Positions 49,777-59,383 of a DNA stretch of 64,000 bases are shown piece by piece. The notes beneath the pieces are model-generated. The model was not told where the DNA came from. It made no database searches and saw only the letters and a list, made by a program, of their open reading frames with translations. This stretch comes from Gemmatimonadota bacterium (GTDB taxonomy: Bacteria > Gemmatimonadota > Gemmatimonadetes > Gemmatimonadales > GWC2-71-9): assembly GCA_003221005.1 (NCBI GenBank), contig QHTZ01000078.1:1-64000 (forward strand). The letters are read 5' to 3'. The position numbers and the translations under genes are program-made. Numbering within the stretch: the stretch's first letter is position 1; each line of letters starts with the position of its first letter.

Positions 49777-51078
49777 CTAGGTTCCTTCCGACGCGCGCAC
49801 CAGCATCTCCCGCGTGATCTCCCGCGGCGTCCGGCACCCGGCGAGCCCGACGGTGAGGTCGAAATCCGCGATCAGGTTCTCCAGCACCTCCCGCACGCCC
49901 GCCTCTCCGGCGAGCGCGAGCCCATAGACGTACGGGCGCCCGATCAGTACAGCCCGCGCGCCCAGGGCCAGTGCCTTGAAGACATCGGCCCCGGTTCGGA
50001 CACCCGAGTCGAACAGCACCGGGTCCCGGTCGCCGACCGCGGCAACGACGTGCGGAAGCGCGTCGAGTGCGGCGATGGCGCCGTCCACCTGCCGCCCGCC
50101 GTGGTTCGACACGATCACGCCGTTCACCCCGTGATCCACCGCCCGGCGCGCGTCGTCCGGGTGCAGGATGCCCTTCAGGAGCACGGGCAACTTCGTCATC
50201 CGGCGCAGCGTGGCCACGTTGTCCCACGTGAGCGACGGGCGGGCGAACGTGGCGAGAAAGCGCCGCACGGCCGCGCGCGGGGCCCCCGAACGCAGCTTCT
50301 CGACGAGCCCACCGGGATAGCGCCGCACCATTTCGGCGAATGCTGTGATAGTCGAAAGCGTGAGGGGCGGCTTCAGCTCTAGTCCCTCCGTCGCTGCGGG
50401 AGCCGCAAGGCTCGCGCGAAACGTGGGATCGCTCGTGAACTGCGCGATCCCGCGGGCCCGGATGAACGGCACGTAGCCAAGCTCGAGGTCGCGCGGACGC
50501 CAGGCGAGCATCGTCGTGTCGAGCGTGAGCACGATCGCGCCACAGCCGCACGCCTCGGCGCGCCGCACGAAGCTCGCCGCGAGCTCGTCTGACTTGGTCC
50601 AGTACAGCTGGAACCAGCGCGGGCTGCCGCCCATCGCCTGCGCACACGTCTCCATGGGGACCGATCCTGCACTCGAGAACACCATCGGAATACCAAGTCG
50701 CGCCGCGGCGCGCGCGACGGCGAGGTCCGCTTCCCGGTGCGCCATCTCGAGCACGCCGATCGGCGCGAGGAGGAGCGGCGCCGGGAGACGGGTGCCGAAC
50801 AGCTCGACCGAGAGGTCCCGTTGCGAGACGTCGCGCAGCATGGGCGGCACGATGCGCCACTGGTCGAACGCCGCGCGGTTCGCGGCCACGGTGCGCTCGA
50901 GCCCCGCGCCCCCCGCAATGTAGGCAAACGCCTCTGGCGACAACGCTCGTTGCGCCGATGTCTCGAGCCGTGCGGCGTCTACGGGGACCCGCGGCTTCCT
51001 GCCTCCGAGCCCAGCGACGAAGATCGTCGCCTGGCGGCGCGGACCGGCGTCGGGAAACGGTGCGCTGAGATCGGTCAC
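49777..51078 (-). CDS. FMN-dependent alpha-hydroxy acid oxidase (lactate 2-monooxygenase-like)
   Basis: [16 protein letters not shown] and GRPY motifs. Confidence 0.92.
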   Translation of the reverse strand: MTDLSAPFPDAGPRRQATIFVAGLGGRKPRVPVDAARLETSAQRALSPEAFAYIAGGAGLERTVAANRAAFDQWRIVPPMLRDVSQRDLSVELFGTRLPAPLLLAPIGVLEMAHREADLAVARAAARLGIPMVFSSAGSVPMETCAQAMGGSPRWFQLYWTKSDELAASFVRRAEACGCGAIVLTLDTTMLAWRPRDLELGYVPFIRARGIAQFTSDPTFRASLAAPAATEGLELKPPLTLSTITAFAEMVRRYPGGLVEKLRSGAPRAAVRRFLATFARPSLTWDNVATLRRMTKLPVLLKGILHPDDARRAVDHGVNGVIVSNHGGRQVDGAIAALDALPHVVAAVGDRDPVLFDSGVRTGADVFKALALGARAVLIGRPYVYGLALAGEAGVREVLENLIADFDLTVGLAGCRTPREITREMLVRASEGT

Positions 51079-51124
51079 TGCGGAGCTCCGTCAGGCGATT
51101 GGAGAAGGCCCCGCAATGTAGTGG

Positions 51125-51370
51125 CTACTGCTTGAAGCCGCCGGAGGGTGTGGGGATCCGAACCTTCGCCATCACGCGCTCGACAAATCCGAACTCGGGG
51201 CTGAAGCGCTGGAGCTGCGCGAGCTCGACGAACAGCTTGCGCTCCCGCTCCGCCGTCGCGAGGCACGCAGGACACTGCGACAGATGCAGCGCGCGGGCCG
51301 CGGGAAGCAGGCCCTGGGCCCACAGCTCGACTTCGTCGGGGGTGAGGTGCTGAAGATCGGTGTCGCTCAT
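51125..51370 (-). CDS. Soluble zinc-binding (zf-HC2/ZAS) anti-sigma factor
   Basis: HLSQCPAC = HxxxCxxC; follows the ECF sigma; AGGAG SD. Confidence 0.8.
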   Translation of the reverse strand: MSDTDLQHLTPDEVELWAQGLLPAARALHLSQCPACLATAERERKLFVELAQLQRFSPEFGFVERVMAKVRIPTPSGGFKQ

Positions 51371-51404
51371 TTTCCTCTCCTACGGCACGCGGGAAAACCG
51401 GGTT

Positions 51405-52016
51405 TCAGACCCGCCGGTCCTCGAGGTAGCCCCGCAATTCGTTGCGCGCCCGATGGATATACGTCTTCACCGTGCCCAGCGGCAAGTCCAGCATCTGGGC
51501 GATCTCCTCGTACGCGTACCCCTCGACGTGGCGCAACAGGATGCACGCGCGGTACTCGGGCCGGAGGCGGCCGATGGCGCGGTCGATGGCGCCACCGAGC
51601 TCTCGCGCTTCCACTTCCTGCAGCGGCGTCTCGCCGTGGTCGCTGAGCTGCAGAGCGCTCGCGGCGCGCGCATTGGGGGTCATGGCGTCGGGGGCGCCGT
51701 CCAGGGACATCGTATCGATGCTGCGCCTGCGGAGGTGATCGATCGCCGCGTTGTTCGCCACCTTGAAGATCCAGGACGAAAACTTGAACTCGGGACGATA
51801 CGACTTGATGCCGTTCAGGACCTTGATGAAAGTCTCCTGGGCCAGGTCTTCCGCGAGGGCGCGGTCGCGCACCATGCGGTAGAGCAGCGAAAACACGGGC
51901 CGTTCATAGCGGCGCACCAGCTCGCGGAAGGCCGCCTCGTGGCCCTGCTTCGCGCGCGCGGCGAGCTCCTGGTCGCTGGCGCCGGTCGCGTTGAACGGCC
52001 TATCTTTCGCGCCTAT
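51405..52016 (-). CDS. ECF RNA polymerase sigma factor (start probably non-canonical ATA)
   Basis: SDQELAARAKQG.EAAFRELVRRY, AEDLAQETF, YEEIA..LDLPLGTVKT. Confidence 0.9.
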   Translation of the reverse strand: MGAKDRPFNATGASDQELAARAKQGHEAAFRELVRRYERPVFSLLYRMVRDRALAEDLAQETFIKVLNGIKSYRPEFKFSSWIFKVANNAAIDHLRRRSIDTMSLDGAPDAMTPNARAASALQLSDHGETPLQEVEARELGGAIDRAIGRLRPEYRACILLRHVEGYAYEEIAQMLDLPLGTVKTYIHRARNELRGYLEDRRV

Positions 52017-52770
52017 GACGCCGTCTCCTGCGCTGGACGTGGCCGTGGCGGGCGGACAAGAACGACAAGGCGGGAGGAGGGGCGAGTCGAAGCGCTCCTA
52101 TGTGCGGAGCATGTTCACCGCCATCGCGCCGCGCTACGACTTTCTCAATCATCTCCTGAGCCTCAACGTGGATCGCCGCTGGCGCCGCACAGCGGTGGCG
52201 CGGCTCGGCTGGGAGGCGAGACCGGGCGGCGTGTACCTCGACCTGTGCGCCGGCACGCTGGACCTCGCGGCTACGCTGGCCCGCGCGCCCGGCTTCACGG
52301 GGACGGTGATCGGCGCGGACTTCGTGCTGCCGATGCTCCTGCGCGGCCGGGGCAAGGCGGTACGCGCCCGGCCGGTCGGGGCCGATGCGCTCACGCTGCC
52401 GTTCGCGGATGCGCGATTTGACGGCGCCATGTGCGCGTTCGGTGTGCGCAACCTCGCCGACCTGGACGCAGGTCTCGGGGAAGCGGCGCGGGTGCTCAAG
52501 CCGGGGGCACGCTTCGTGGTGCTCGAGTTCGCCACCCCGCGCCGCGCGCCGCTGCGCGCCCTCTACCTCTTCTATTTCCGGCGCCTGCTCCCCGCCATCG
52601 GCCGCGCGGTGTCGAAACATAGGGACGCCTATACCTACCTGCCAGAGTCGGTACTCGAGTTCCCCGAGCCGGCCGCGCTCGCGCGCCGGATCGAGGCGGC
52701 GGGCTTCAGCGACGTGCGCTTCGAGCTGCTTTCCGGCGGGATCTGCGCCGTCCATCATGGCGCTCGATAA
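52015..52770 (+). CDS. ubiE: Demethylmenaquinone methyltransferase (UbiE/MenG)
   Basis: MFTAIAPRYD, DLCAGT, FGVRN and AYTYLPES motifs; TATCTT 8 nt before the ATG. Confidence 0.9.
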   Translation: MTPSPALDVAVAGGQERQGGRRGESKRSYVRSMFTAIAPRYDFLNHLLSLNVDRRWRRTAVARLGWEARPGGVYLDLCAGTLDLAATLARAPGFTGTVIGADFVLPMLLRGRGKAVRARPVGADALTLPFADARFDGAMCAFGVRNLADLDAGLGEAARVLKPGARFVVLEFATPRRAPLRALYLFYFRRLLPAIGRAVSKHRDAYTYLPESVLEFPEPAALARRIEAAGFSDVRFELLSGGICAVHHGAR

Positions 52771-54235
52771 CCTGCGCGCCTTTCTCGGCGCGATCGACAC
52801 GGCCGGCGCCCTCGTCCGCGTGGACCATCCGGTGTCGGTGAATCGCGAGATGACGGAAATCGCGGACCGCTGCATGAAATCGCCGGGCGGCGGCCCGGCG
52901 CTCCTGTTCGAGCACCCGACGCTCGTCGGCGGCGGCCGCTCGCGCCAACCGGTGGCGGTCAACCTGTTTGGCTCCGAGCGCCGCATGGCGCTGGCGCTGG
53001 GCGTCGACTGCCTGGACGAGATCGGCGAACGGATCGCGGCGCTCCTGAACCTCAAGGTGCCGGATACGCTGCTCGGCAAGCTCGCCATGCTGCCGCAGCT
53101 CGCGGAGGTCGCCAAGTTCCCGCCCAAGGCCATCGGGGGGCGCGCTCCCTCTCAGAAGACGGTGCTCCAGGGGGCGGAGGTGAACCTCGCGGAGCTCCCG
53201 ATTCCTATCTGCTGGCCCGAAGACGGCGGGCCGTACATCACGCTGGCGGGCGTGATCACACGCGACCCCAAGAGCGGCGTCAGGAACGTGGGCATGTACC
53301 GCGTGCAGGTGATCGGCAAGAACGAAGTCGCGATGCACTGGCAGCGGCACAAGGTGGGCGCGGCGCACTGGCGCGAGCTCGCGGCACGGGGGGAGACGAT
53401 GCCGGTGGCGATCGCCCTGGGCGGTGATCCCGCGAGCATCTACGCCGCGTCGGCGCCGCTGCCGCCCTCGATCGACGAGTTCCTGTTCGCCGGCTTCCTG
53501 CGCCGCGAGCCGGTGCGCCTGGCGAAGGCCGTCACCTGCGATCTCGAGGTCCCGGCGGAGGCGGAGCTCGTGCTCGAAGGCTACATCGACCCGCGCGAGC
53601 CGCTCGTGCTCGAAGGCCCGTTCGGCGACCACACCGGGTTCTATTCGCTCGCGGACCATTACCCAAAGGTTCACATCACGGCGGTGACGCTGCGCGACGA
53701 TCCCATCTATCCGCACACCATCGTGGGGCGCCCGCCGATGGAGGATTATTACCTGGGACATGCTACGGAGCGCATCTTCCTGCCGCTCCTCAAGCTCACG
53801 CTTCCCGAGATCGTCGACATCCACATGCCGGCCGAGGGGATCTTCCACAACCTGGTATTCGTGAGCATCGACAAGCAGTACCCGGGGCAGGCGTACAAGG
53901 TGATGAACGGGTTGTGGGGGCAGGGACTGATGTCGCTCGCGAAAGTGATCATCGTAGTGGACAAGGATGTGAACGTGCGCGACCCGAAGGAGGCGTGGTG
54001 GGTGGCGCTCAACCACATCGACCCGGAGCGCGACGTGCGGTTCACGATGGGCCCGATCGACGTGCTCGATCACTCGAGCCGCGGCTTCACGTTCGGGTCG
54101 AAGATGGGGATCGACGCGACGCGCAAGTGGAAGGAAGAGGGATTCGCGCGCGAATGGCCGAACAAGATCGTGATGGACGAGGCAACGAAGCGGCGGGTGG
54201 ACGAGATGTGGAAGGAGCTGGGGATTGAGCTCTAA
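52757..54235 (+). CDS. ubiD: UbiD-family decarboxylase (menaquinone futalosine-type, MqnL-like)
   Basis: NVGMYR, EGPFGDHTG and KMGIDAT motifs. Confidence 0.92.
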   Translation: MALDNLRAFLGAIDTAGALVRVDHPVSVNREMTEIADRCMKSPGGGPALLFEHPTLVGGGRSRQPVAVNLFGSERRMALALGVDCLDEIGERIAALLNLKVPDTLLGKLAMLPQLAEVAKFPPKAIGGRAPSQKTVLQGAEVNLAELPIPICWPEDGGPYITLAGVITRDPKSGVRNVGMYRVQVIGKNEVAMHWQRHKVGAAHWRELAARGETMPVAIALGGDPASIYAASAPLPPSIDEFLFAGFLRREPVRLAKAVTCDLEVPAEAELVLEGYIDPREPLVLEGPFGDHTGFYSLADHYPKVHITAVTLRDDPIYPHTIVGRPPMEDYYLGHATERIFLPLLKLTLPEIVDIHMPAEGIFHNLVFVSIDKQYPGQAYKVMNGLWGQGLMSLAKVIIVVDKDVNVRDPKEAWWVALNHIDPERDVRFTMGPIDVLDHSSRGFTFGSKMGIDATRKWKEEGFAREWPNKIVMDEATKRRVDEMWKELGIEL

Positions 54236-55121
54236 CCGCGAGCTCCAGACGTTCGCAGGCGACAGCCTGCTGGTGCGGTACGCGAACTTCGTCAGGCTCC
54301 CGCATACAGTCTTCGCGCTCCCGTTCGCCCTGCTGGGTGTGATCGTGGCGTCGCGTGAGCAGGCGGTGACGCCACGGGTGCTGGGCTTGGCGGTGCTCGC
54401 GTTCACGTGCGCGCGCTTCGTGGCGCTCGGCTTCAACCGCATCGCCGACCGCGAGCTCGACGCCCGCAATCCGCGCACCCGTAATCGCGAGCTGCCGAGC
54501 GGCCGGCTGACGCTCGCGCAGGCGTGGGTCGCCGTGGCGGTCGCCGCCGCTCTGTTCCTGTGGGCGTCCTCGGCGCTCAACCCGCTGTGCTTTGCGCTCG
54601 CGCCCGTGGCCCTCGTCTTCATTTCGGCATACAGCTACTCCAAGCGCTTCACCCACTGGTCGCACCTGTGGCTCGGCCTCGCCGACGGGATCGCGACGCC
54701 GGCGGGTTACCTCGCGGTAACGGGGCGGTGGAGCGACCCGTGGTGGCTGCTGCCGGCGGGGGCGCTGGCGGTGACGTTCTGGGTTGGAGGTTTCGACGTG
54801 TTCTACGCTCTCCAGGACGAGGACTTCGATCGCGCGGAGCGCCTCAAGTCGCTCGTCGTGCGCGTGGGACCGGCGCGCGGCATCGTCGCCGCCAAGCTGC
54901 TGCACGGTCTCACGCTCCTCGCCCTTGTGGCGTTCGGCGCGGGGGCGGGCCTCGGCGCCGCCTACTATGCCGGGGTGGTGATCGGTGCGGCCGTCATCGC
55001 GTACGAGCACCGCCTCGTGAAGCCGGGAGACCTGTCGCGCCTAGATGCCGCCTTCTTCGGCGCGAACGGACTGGTGAGCATCGTCGTGTTTCTGGGCGCG
55101 CTGGTTGATCGGATCGTATGA
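54225..55121 (+). CDS. ubiA: UbiA-like prenyltransferase (MqnP-like)
   Basis: HTVFALPF, NRIADRELDARNPRT, YSYSKRFT and YALQD motifs. Confidence 0.92.
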   Translation: MSSNRELQTFAGDSLLVRYANFVRLPHTVFALPFALLGVIVASREQAVTPRVLGLAVLAFTCARFVALGFNRIADRELDARNPRTRNRELPSGRLTLAQAWVAVAVAAALFLWASSALNPLCFALAPVALVFISAYSYSKRFTHWSHLWLGLADGIATPAGYLAVTGRWSDPWWLLPAGALAVTFWVGGFDVFYALQDEDFDRAERLKSLVVRVGPARGIVAAKLLHGLTLLALVAFGAGAGLGAAYYAGVVIGAAVIAYEHRLVKPGDLSRLDAAFFGANGLVSIVVFLGALVDRIV

Positions 55122-55270
55122 AGCGCGGGATGCGAGATGCGGGAGGCGAGATGCGTAAGCCGCGCGGCCCCCGGAACAAGCGCATCTCGCATCCCCCATC
55201 TCGCATCCCGCCGCCCCATCCGCCGGCGCACCCGAAGCGCTCCCCCACACCGAATAGGAGAGGGCGCTGA
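55118..55270 (+). other. Repeat-derived 50-aa mini-ORF bridging ubiA and ubiX
   Basis: ATG overlaps the ubiA TGA; open to TGA 55268-55270, which overlaps the CTG at 55267. Confidence 0.4.
55125..55211. repeat. Heptamer tandem plus inverted tandem element
   Basis: GCG(G/A)GAT-like x4 (55125-55152), CGCATC(T/C)-like x4 (55181-55208). Confidence 0.85.
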
Positions 55271-55860
55271 CGAAGCTTCCGGTCATTCTTGCCATCACCG
55301 GTGCCTCGGGAGCGATCTATGGTGTGCGGCTGCTCGAGGTGTTGGCGCGCGCTCAGGTGCCGACGTGGCTGCTCGTCTCGAGCCACGGCTGGCGGCTGCT
55401 CGCCGAGGAGTGCGGCATCGCGGACGACCGGGCGCTGCAGCGGGCTACCGGCGGGGAGTGGGCGAGCGTGCGCGTGTTCGACGACACCGATCGCGGCGGC
55501 GAGCCGGCTTCGGGCTCGGCGCGGAGCGCCGGGATGGTGATCTGCCCCTGCTCGATGGGGACGGTGGCGGCGATCGCGCATGGCACGAGCCGCAGCCTGA
55601 TCGAGCGCGCGGCCGACGTCGTGTTGAAGGAGCGCCGCAAGCTGGTCCTCGTCCCGCGCGAGTCCCCGCTCTCGCTCGTGCACCTGCGCAACCTGACGCT
55701 CGCGACTGAGGCGGGCGCGGTGGTGCTGCCGGCGGCCCCTGGCTTCTATCACAAGCCCAAGGCGGTCTCCGACCTCGTCGATTTCGTGGTGCAGCGGGTG
55801 CTCGACCACCTGGGCGTCGAGTCCACACTGGTTCCGCGCTGGGGCGGCGAGAAAACGTGA
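55267..55860 (+). CDS. ubiX: UbiX-family flavin prenyltransferase (probable CTG start)
   Basis: ILAITGASG, ASGS, PCSMGT, LKERRKLVLVPRE and PGFY motifs. Confidence 0.92.
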   Translation: MTKLPVILAITGASGAIYGVRLLEVLARAQVPTWLLVSSHGWRLLAEECGIADDRALQRATGGEWASVRVFDDTDRGGEPASGSARSAGMVICPCSMGTVAAIAHGTSRSLIERAADVVLKERRKLVLVPRESPLSLVHLRNLTLATEAGAVVLPAAPGFYHKPKAVSDLVDFVVQRVLDHLGVESTLVPRWGGEKT

Positions 55861-58088
55861 AGCTCGACTTGAGGAATCCGCCGATGAGACTACCTGCGTT
55901 GGTATTCGCCGGCGCGCTTGCCGCCGCGATGGCGCTTGCTTCGGCGTGCTCTTCCAGCCGTAGCGCGGCCGCGCCCGCTGCTACTCCGGCTCCGGTCGCC
56001 GCCCCCGCTCCAGCCCCTGTCGCACCAGCGGCGCGTCCCACGCCCGCCCCCGCCCCCGCGGTCGACACGACGGCGCAGCCAGGGCGCTTCGACACCGGAA
56101 AGATGTGGACGTTCGAGAACCCGCCGCTCGACTACTTCCGGCAGGAATACGGGTTCACGCCGTCTGCCGAGTGGCTGCAACGGTTGCGGCTCGCGGCGCT
56201 GCGGCTTCCCAATTGCTCGGCGTCGTTCGTGTCGGCGAGCGGCCTCGTAATGTCCAATCACCATTGTGCGCGCGAGTCGGCAACCGCGGTTTCGCGGGCC
56301 GGGGAAGACCTCCTCACCACTGGGTTCTACGCGCAGCGCGCGGAAGACGAGCGGCGGGTGCCCGACCTGTATGTGGATGAGCTCGTCAGCCTGCGCGACG
56401 TAACGCAGGAGGTCACAGCCGCGACGGCCGGGCAGTCCGGGGTGGATTTGCTCGCCGCACGCGACCGCAAGGTGCAGGAGATCGGAGAGCGCGAGAGTCG
56501 CGTCACGAACCTGCGCTGCGACGTCACCGCGCTGTACAAGGGGGGGCGCTACTCCCTGTACTGCTACCGGCGCTACAGCGACGTCCGCCTGGTGTTCGTG
56601 CCCGAGAAAGCGATTGGATACTTCGGAGGCGATCCCGACAACTTCACGTATCCGCGCTATGACCTCGACGTCTCGTTCTTCCGTGTGTACGACGAGGCCG
56701 GCCGGCCGCTCCATCCCGATGCGTATCTCCCCTGGAGCGACGCGGGGGCCAGGGATGGCGATGCGGTCTTCGTGATCGGGAACCCGGGGTCCACGTCGCG
56801 GCTCGCCACGGTGGCGCAGCTCGAATACCGCCGCGACCTGCAGTATCCCAACCTGGTGCGACTGCTGGAGGGACGTGGCCGGATTCTCGCGGACTACATG
56901 CGCCAGCACCCCGAGACCCGCCCCCGTCTGGTCAACGACTACTTTGAGATTCAGAACGCGCTCAAGGCCTACGTTGGCGAGCTCAAGGGACTGCGGACGC
57001 CTGCGCTGATGGGCCGCAAGGTCGCGTTCGAGCGGAACTTCAGGAACGCCGTTTTGGCGAATCCGGCGCTCGCCAGCTTGTACGGCGGGTTGTGGGACCA
57101 AATCGCCGACCTGCGCCGCCAGATCGCTCAGATCGCGCCGACGCTGAATGCGTTGAACCAGGGAGGAATACTACGGTCGAAGACGCTCGGCACCGCCCTG
57201 GCCATCGTGCGCTACGGGGAAGCGGGGGCGGGGGCGGGGGCGGGGGCGTCCGACAGCGCACTCAAAGAGCGTCGAGCGGAGATCATGCGCGACGTGATCG
57301 ATCCGGGGCTCGACGCGCCGGTCCTGGCGGCGCAACTCGAAGATGCGGCGCGGCTGCTGGGACCGAGCGACCCGTGGGTCGCCGAGGCGCTCGGCGGGCG
57401 CTCGCCGCGCGAGGCGGCCCAGGCGATCGTGAGCGGGTCCGCGATTCCCGACACCGTGCGGCGGGTGGCGTTGCTCGCGCGGCCGGGCGACCTCGCCACG
57501 GGTACCGATCCCGCGATACGGCTCATGCGCGACTTGTTACCGCGGCTGCGTCAGGTGGCGGGCAAGTCGCGCCAGCTCGCGCAGCAGGAAGAGGCGAGGG
57601 GGGCCGAGCTGGCGCGCGCATTCTTCGCCGTGTATGGGACCGCCATCGCGCCGGATGCGACCTTCACGCTGCGCATCGCCGACGGAGTGGTGAAGGGCTA
57701 CGACTACAACGGCACGCGCGCGCCCGTGTTCACGACGTTCTACGGCCTGTACGAGCGCCATTTTTCGAATCCCGGGGACGAGGCGTGGGAGCTGCCGCCG
57801 CGCTGGCAGACTCCGCCCGCCGGATTCGATCTGCGCACGCCGCTCGACATGGTGATGACGAACGACATCATCGGGGGCAACTCGGGGAGCCCCGTGGTGG
57901 ATAAGAGCGGCCGGCTCGTGGGGCTCATCTTCGACGGCAACATCGAGAGCCTGCCCGCCGATTTCATCTATACCGCGGAGACGGCGCGCGCGGTGGCGGT
58001 GCATTCGGTGGGGATCCTCACGGCGCTGCGGGACGTGTACGGGGCGCGCCGCATCCTGGACGAGCTGCGTCCACCCGCCAAACGCTGA
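55857..58088 (+). CDS. S46-family dipeptidyl peptidase lipoprotein
   Basis: GKMWT, CSASFVS, SNHHC, NDIIGGNSGSP and FDGN motifs; ASAC lipobox with Pro/Ala linker. Confidence 0.92.
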   Translation: MKLDLRNPPMRLPALVFAGALAAAMALASACSSSRSAAAPAATPAPVAAPAPAPVAPAARPTPAPAPAVDTTAQPGRFDTGKMWTFENPPLDYFRQEYGFTPSAEWLQRLRLAALRLPNCSASFVSASGLVMSNHHCARESATAVSRAGEDLLTTGFYAQRAEDERRVPDLYVDELVSLRDVTQEVTAATAGQSGVDLLAARDRKVQEIGERESRVTNLRCDVTALYKGGRYSLYCYRRYSDVRLVFVPEKAIGYFGGDPDNFTYPRYDLDVSFFRVYDEAGRPLHPDAYLPWSDAGARDGDAVFVIGNPGSTSRLATVAQLEYRRDLQYPNLVRLLEGRGRILADYMRQHPETRPRLVNDYFEIQNALKAYVGELKGLRTPALMGRKVAFERNFRNAVLANPALASLYGGLWDQIADLRRQIAQIAPTLNALNQGGILRSKTLGTALAIVRYGEAGAGAGAGASDSALKERRAEIMRDVIDPGLDAPVLAAQLEDAARLLGPSDPWVAEALGGRSPREAAQAIVSGSAIPDTVRRVALLARPGDLATGTDPAIRLMRDLLPRLRQVAGKSRQLAQQEEARGAELARAFFAVYGTAIAPDATFTLRIADGVVKGYDYNGTRAPVFTTFYGLYERHFSNPGDEAWELPPRWQTPPAGFDLRTPLDMVMTNDIIGGNSGSPVVDKSGRLVGLIFDGNIESLPADFIYTAETARAVAVHSVGILTALRDVYGARRILDELRPPAKR

Positions 58089-58094
58089 TTCTCG

Positions 58095-58586
58095 GTGCGG
58101 CTGGGCGTCATCGCGGACACGCACGGGTTACTGCGACCCGAGGTGTTGGAGGTATTCGCCCAGGTCGACCACATCCTGCACGGCGGGGACGTGGGGAAGT
58201 GGGACGTAGTGAGTGACCTCGAAGCCCTGGCACCGGTCACCGCGGTGTATGGCAACGTCGATGGCTTGGAGATCCGTACGCGGTTGCCACAGGTCGCGAC
58301 GCTGCGGCTCGACGGGTTCGACATCGTGGTGACGCATGGAGACCAGTTCGGGAGTCCGACGCCGGCGAAGCTCGTGGCCGAGTTTCCGCGAGCGGAGATC
58401 ATCGTGTTCGGGCACACGCACCGGCCGCTGCTTGAGCTGGTCGATCGGACGGTCACCGTGATGAATCCTGGCGGGGCAGGGGCGCCGCGCTTCGGGCTGC
58501 AGCCGTCGGTGGGGATTATGGAACTCGAGCCGGGGATCCCGCCGCGGGCGCGGTTGGTGCCGCTGAGTAGGGCGGGCCGGGATTAG
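58095..58586 (+). CDS. YfcE-like metallophosphoesterase
   Basis: ADTHG, HGGD, GNVD, HG, FGHTH and NPG motifs. Confidence 0.9.
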   Translation: MRLGVIADTHGLLRPEVLEVFAQVDHILHGGDVGKWDVVSDLEALAPVTAVYGNVDGLEIRTRLPQVATLRLDGFDIVVTHGDQFGSPTPAKLVAEFPRAEIIVFGHTHRPLLELVDRTVTVMNPGGAGAPRFGLQPSVGIMELEPGIPPRARLVPLSRAGRD

Positions 58587-58597
58587 GCCGGCCCGTC
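58571..58597 (+). terminator. Hairpin over the phosphoesterase stop codon
   Basis: GGCGGGCCGG/CCGGCCCGTC stem; no U-tract. Confidence 0.4.
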
Positions 58598-58624
58598 TCA
58601 TGTCAATGAAGCCTGAAGCATCTC

Positions 58625-58672
58625 TTGCGCCGGCGGGCGAGTCGCCCGCAGCTTACGCGCCATCCGCTAGAG
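58625..58672 (+). mobile_element. Possible degenerate attC 3' half
   Basis: GCGGGCGA-G-TCGCCCGC hairpin, then AGCTTACGCGCCATCCGCTAGAG; ATCCGCTAGA recurs at 59356. Confidence 0.4.
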
Positions 58673-58720
58673 AACTGCAGTGTGCCCAGCCGTTGGCCGC
58701 ACATGCACAGGAGGATCCAT

Positions 58721-59053
58721 ATGCGCTGCTGGCCCCTTGGCTTCCTCATCGTCCTCAGCTGCACGACGACCACCCGCGTCGTCCGCCTCTCGCCCGCGAA
58801 GTACGAGCCGCGACCCACGGATAGCCCAGTTCAACTGTACAGCGCCAAGCTGCCCAATTGTCCCTTTGAAGAGATTGGGCTTGTCAATGCGCGGAAGGAG
58901 TACGGCGTCGTCTCGACGAATACGGTGGTGGACGCGCTTCGAAAGAAGGTGAGAGAGCTTGGCGGGGACGCCCTTGTTGGAGTCGGCTTCGTCCACGGTG
59001 GCGACCTCGCGGGCACCGTGATACGGTTCAAGCGCGACGACTGTACGCAATGA
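58721..59053 (+). CDS. Small hypothetical lipoprotein (YbjQ-like fold)
   Basis: AGGAGG SD, VLSC lipobox, FEEIGLV...LGGDALV pattern. Confidence 0.7.
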   Translation: MRCWPLGFLIVLSCTTTTRVVRLSPAKYEPRPTDSPVQLYSAKLPNCPFEEIGLVNARKEYGVVSTNTVVDALRKKVRELGGDALVGVGFVHGGDLAGTVIRFKRDDCTQ

Positions 59054-59113
59054 ACGGCGCCAACGAGGGTTCCACCATGTTCGAGTCCACACCGTCAGCC
59101 ATGTATACCCAGC

Positions 59114-59356
59114 ATGGATGCGATCCTCAACCGGTGGTTCACAACGTACGAGGAAGCGCGAGCCTCGCTCGACGCGGAGGGTGGCTACTTGCTGCCGTAC
59201 CGGAGGCAGTTCTTCGTGACCACGCGGGAGGGCATCCGAGAGCTCGGCCTGGATCCCGACGACCCGGACTGGGCGGGCATCGGATGGGATTGGGTGCGGC
59301 CGCTTGATGCGATGGCGTGGGAGCGACTGCGAGAGCGTCGAGCGATTGCGAGATGA
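59114..59356 (+). CDS. Small hypothetical protein
   Basis: 80 aa, protein-like composition (WFTTYEEAR, YLLPYRRQFFV, IGWDWVRP). Confidence 0.7.
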   Translation: MDAILNRWFTTYEEARASLDAEGGYLLPYRRQFFVTTREGIRELGLDPDDPDWAGIGWDWVRPLDAMAWERLRERRAIAR

Positions 59357-59383
59357 TCCGCTAGACAGCGTCCGCCCGCACAC

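Noticed and set aside
55960-56060. GCCCCC-type repeats in the S46 gene as part of the repeat family
   Set aside because: Explained by a Pro/Ala linker with 6-nt codon periodicity; no inverted arm
59076-59102. tRNA 3'-end/att-site look-alike GTTCGAGTCCACACCGTCAGCCA
   Set aside because: The T-stem cannot pair, the spacing to CCA is one base short, and there is no cloverleaf upstream
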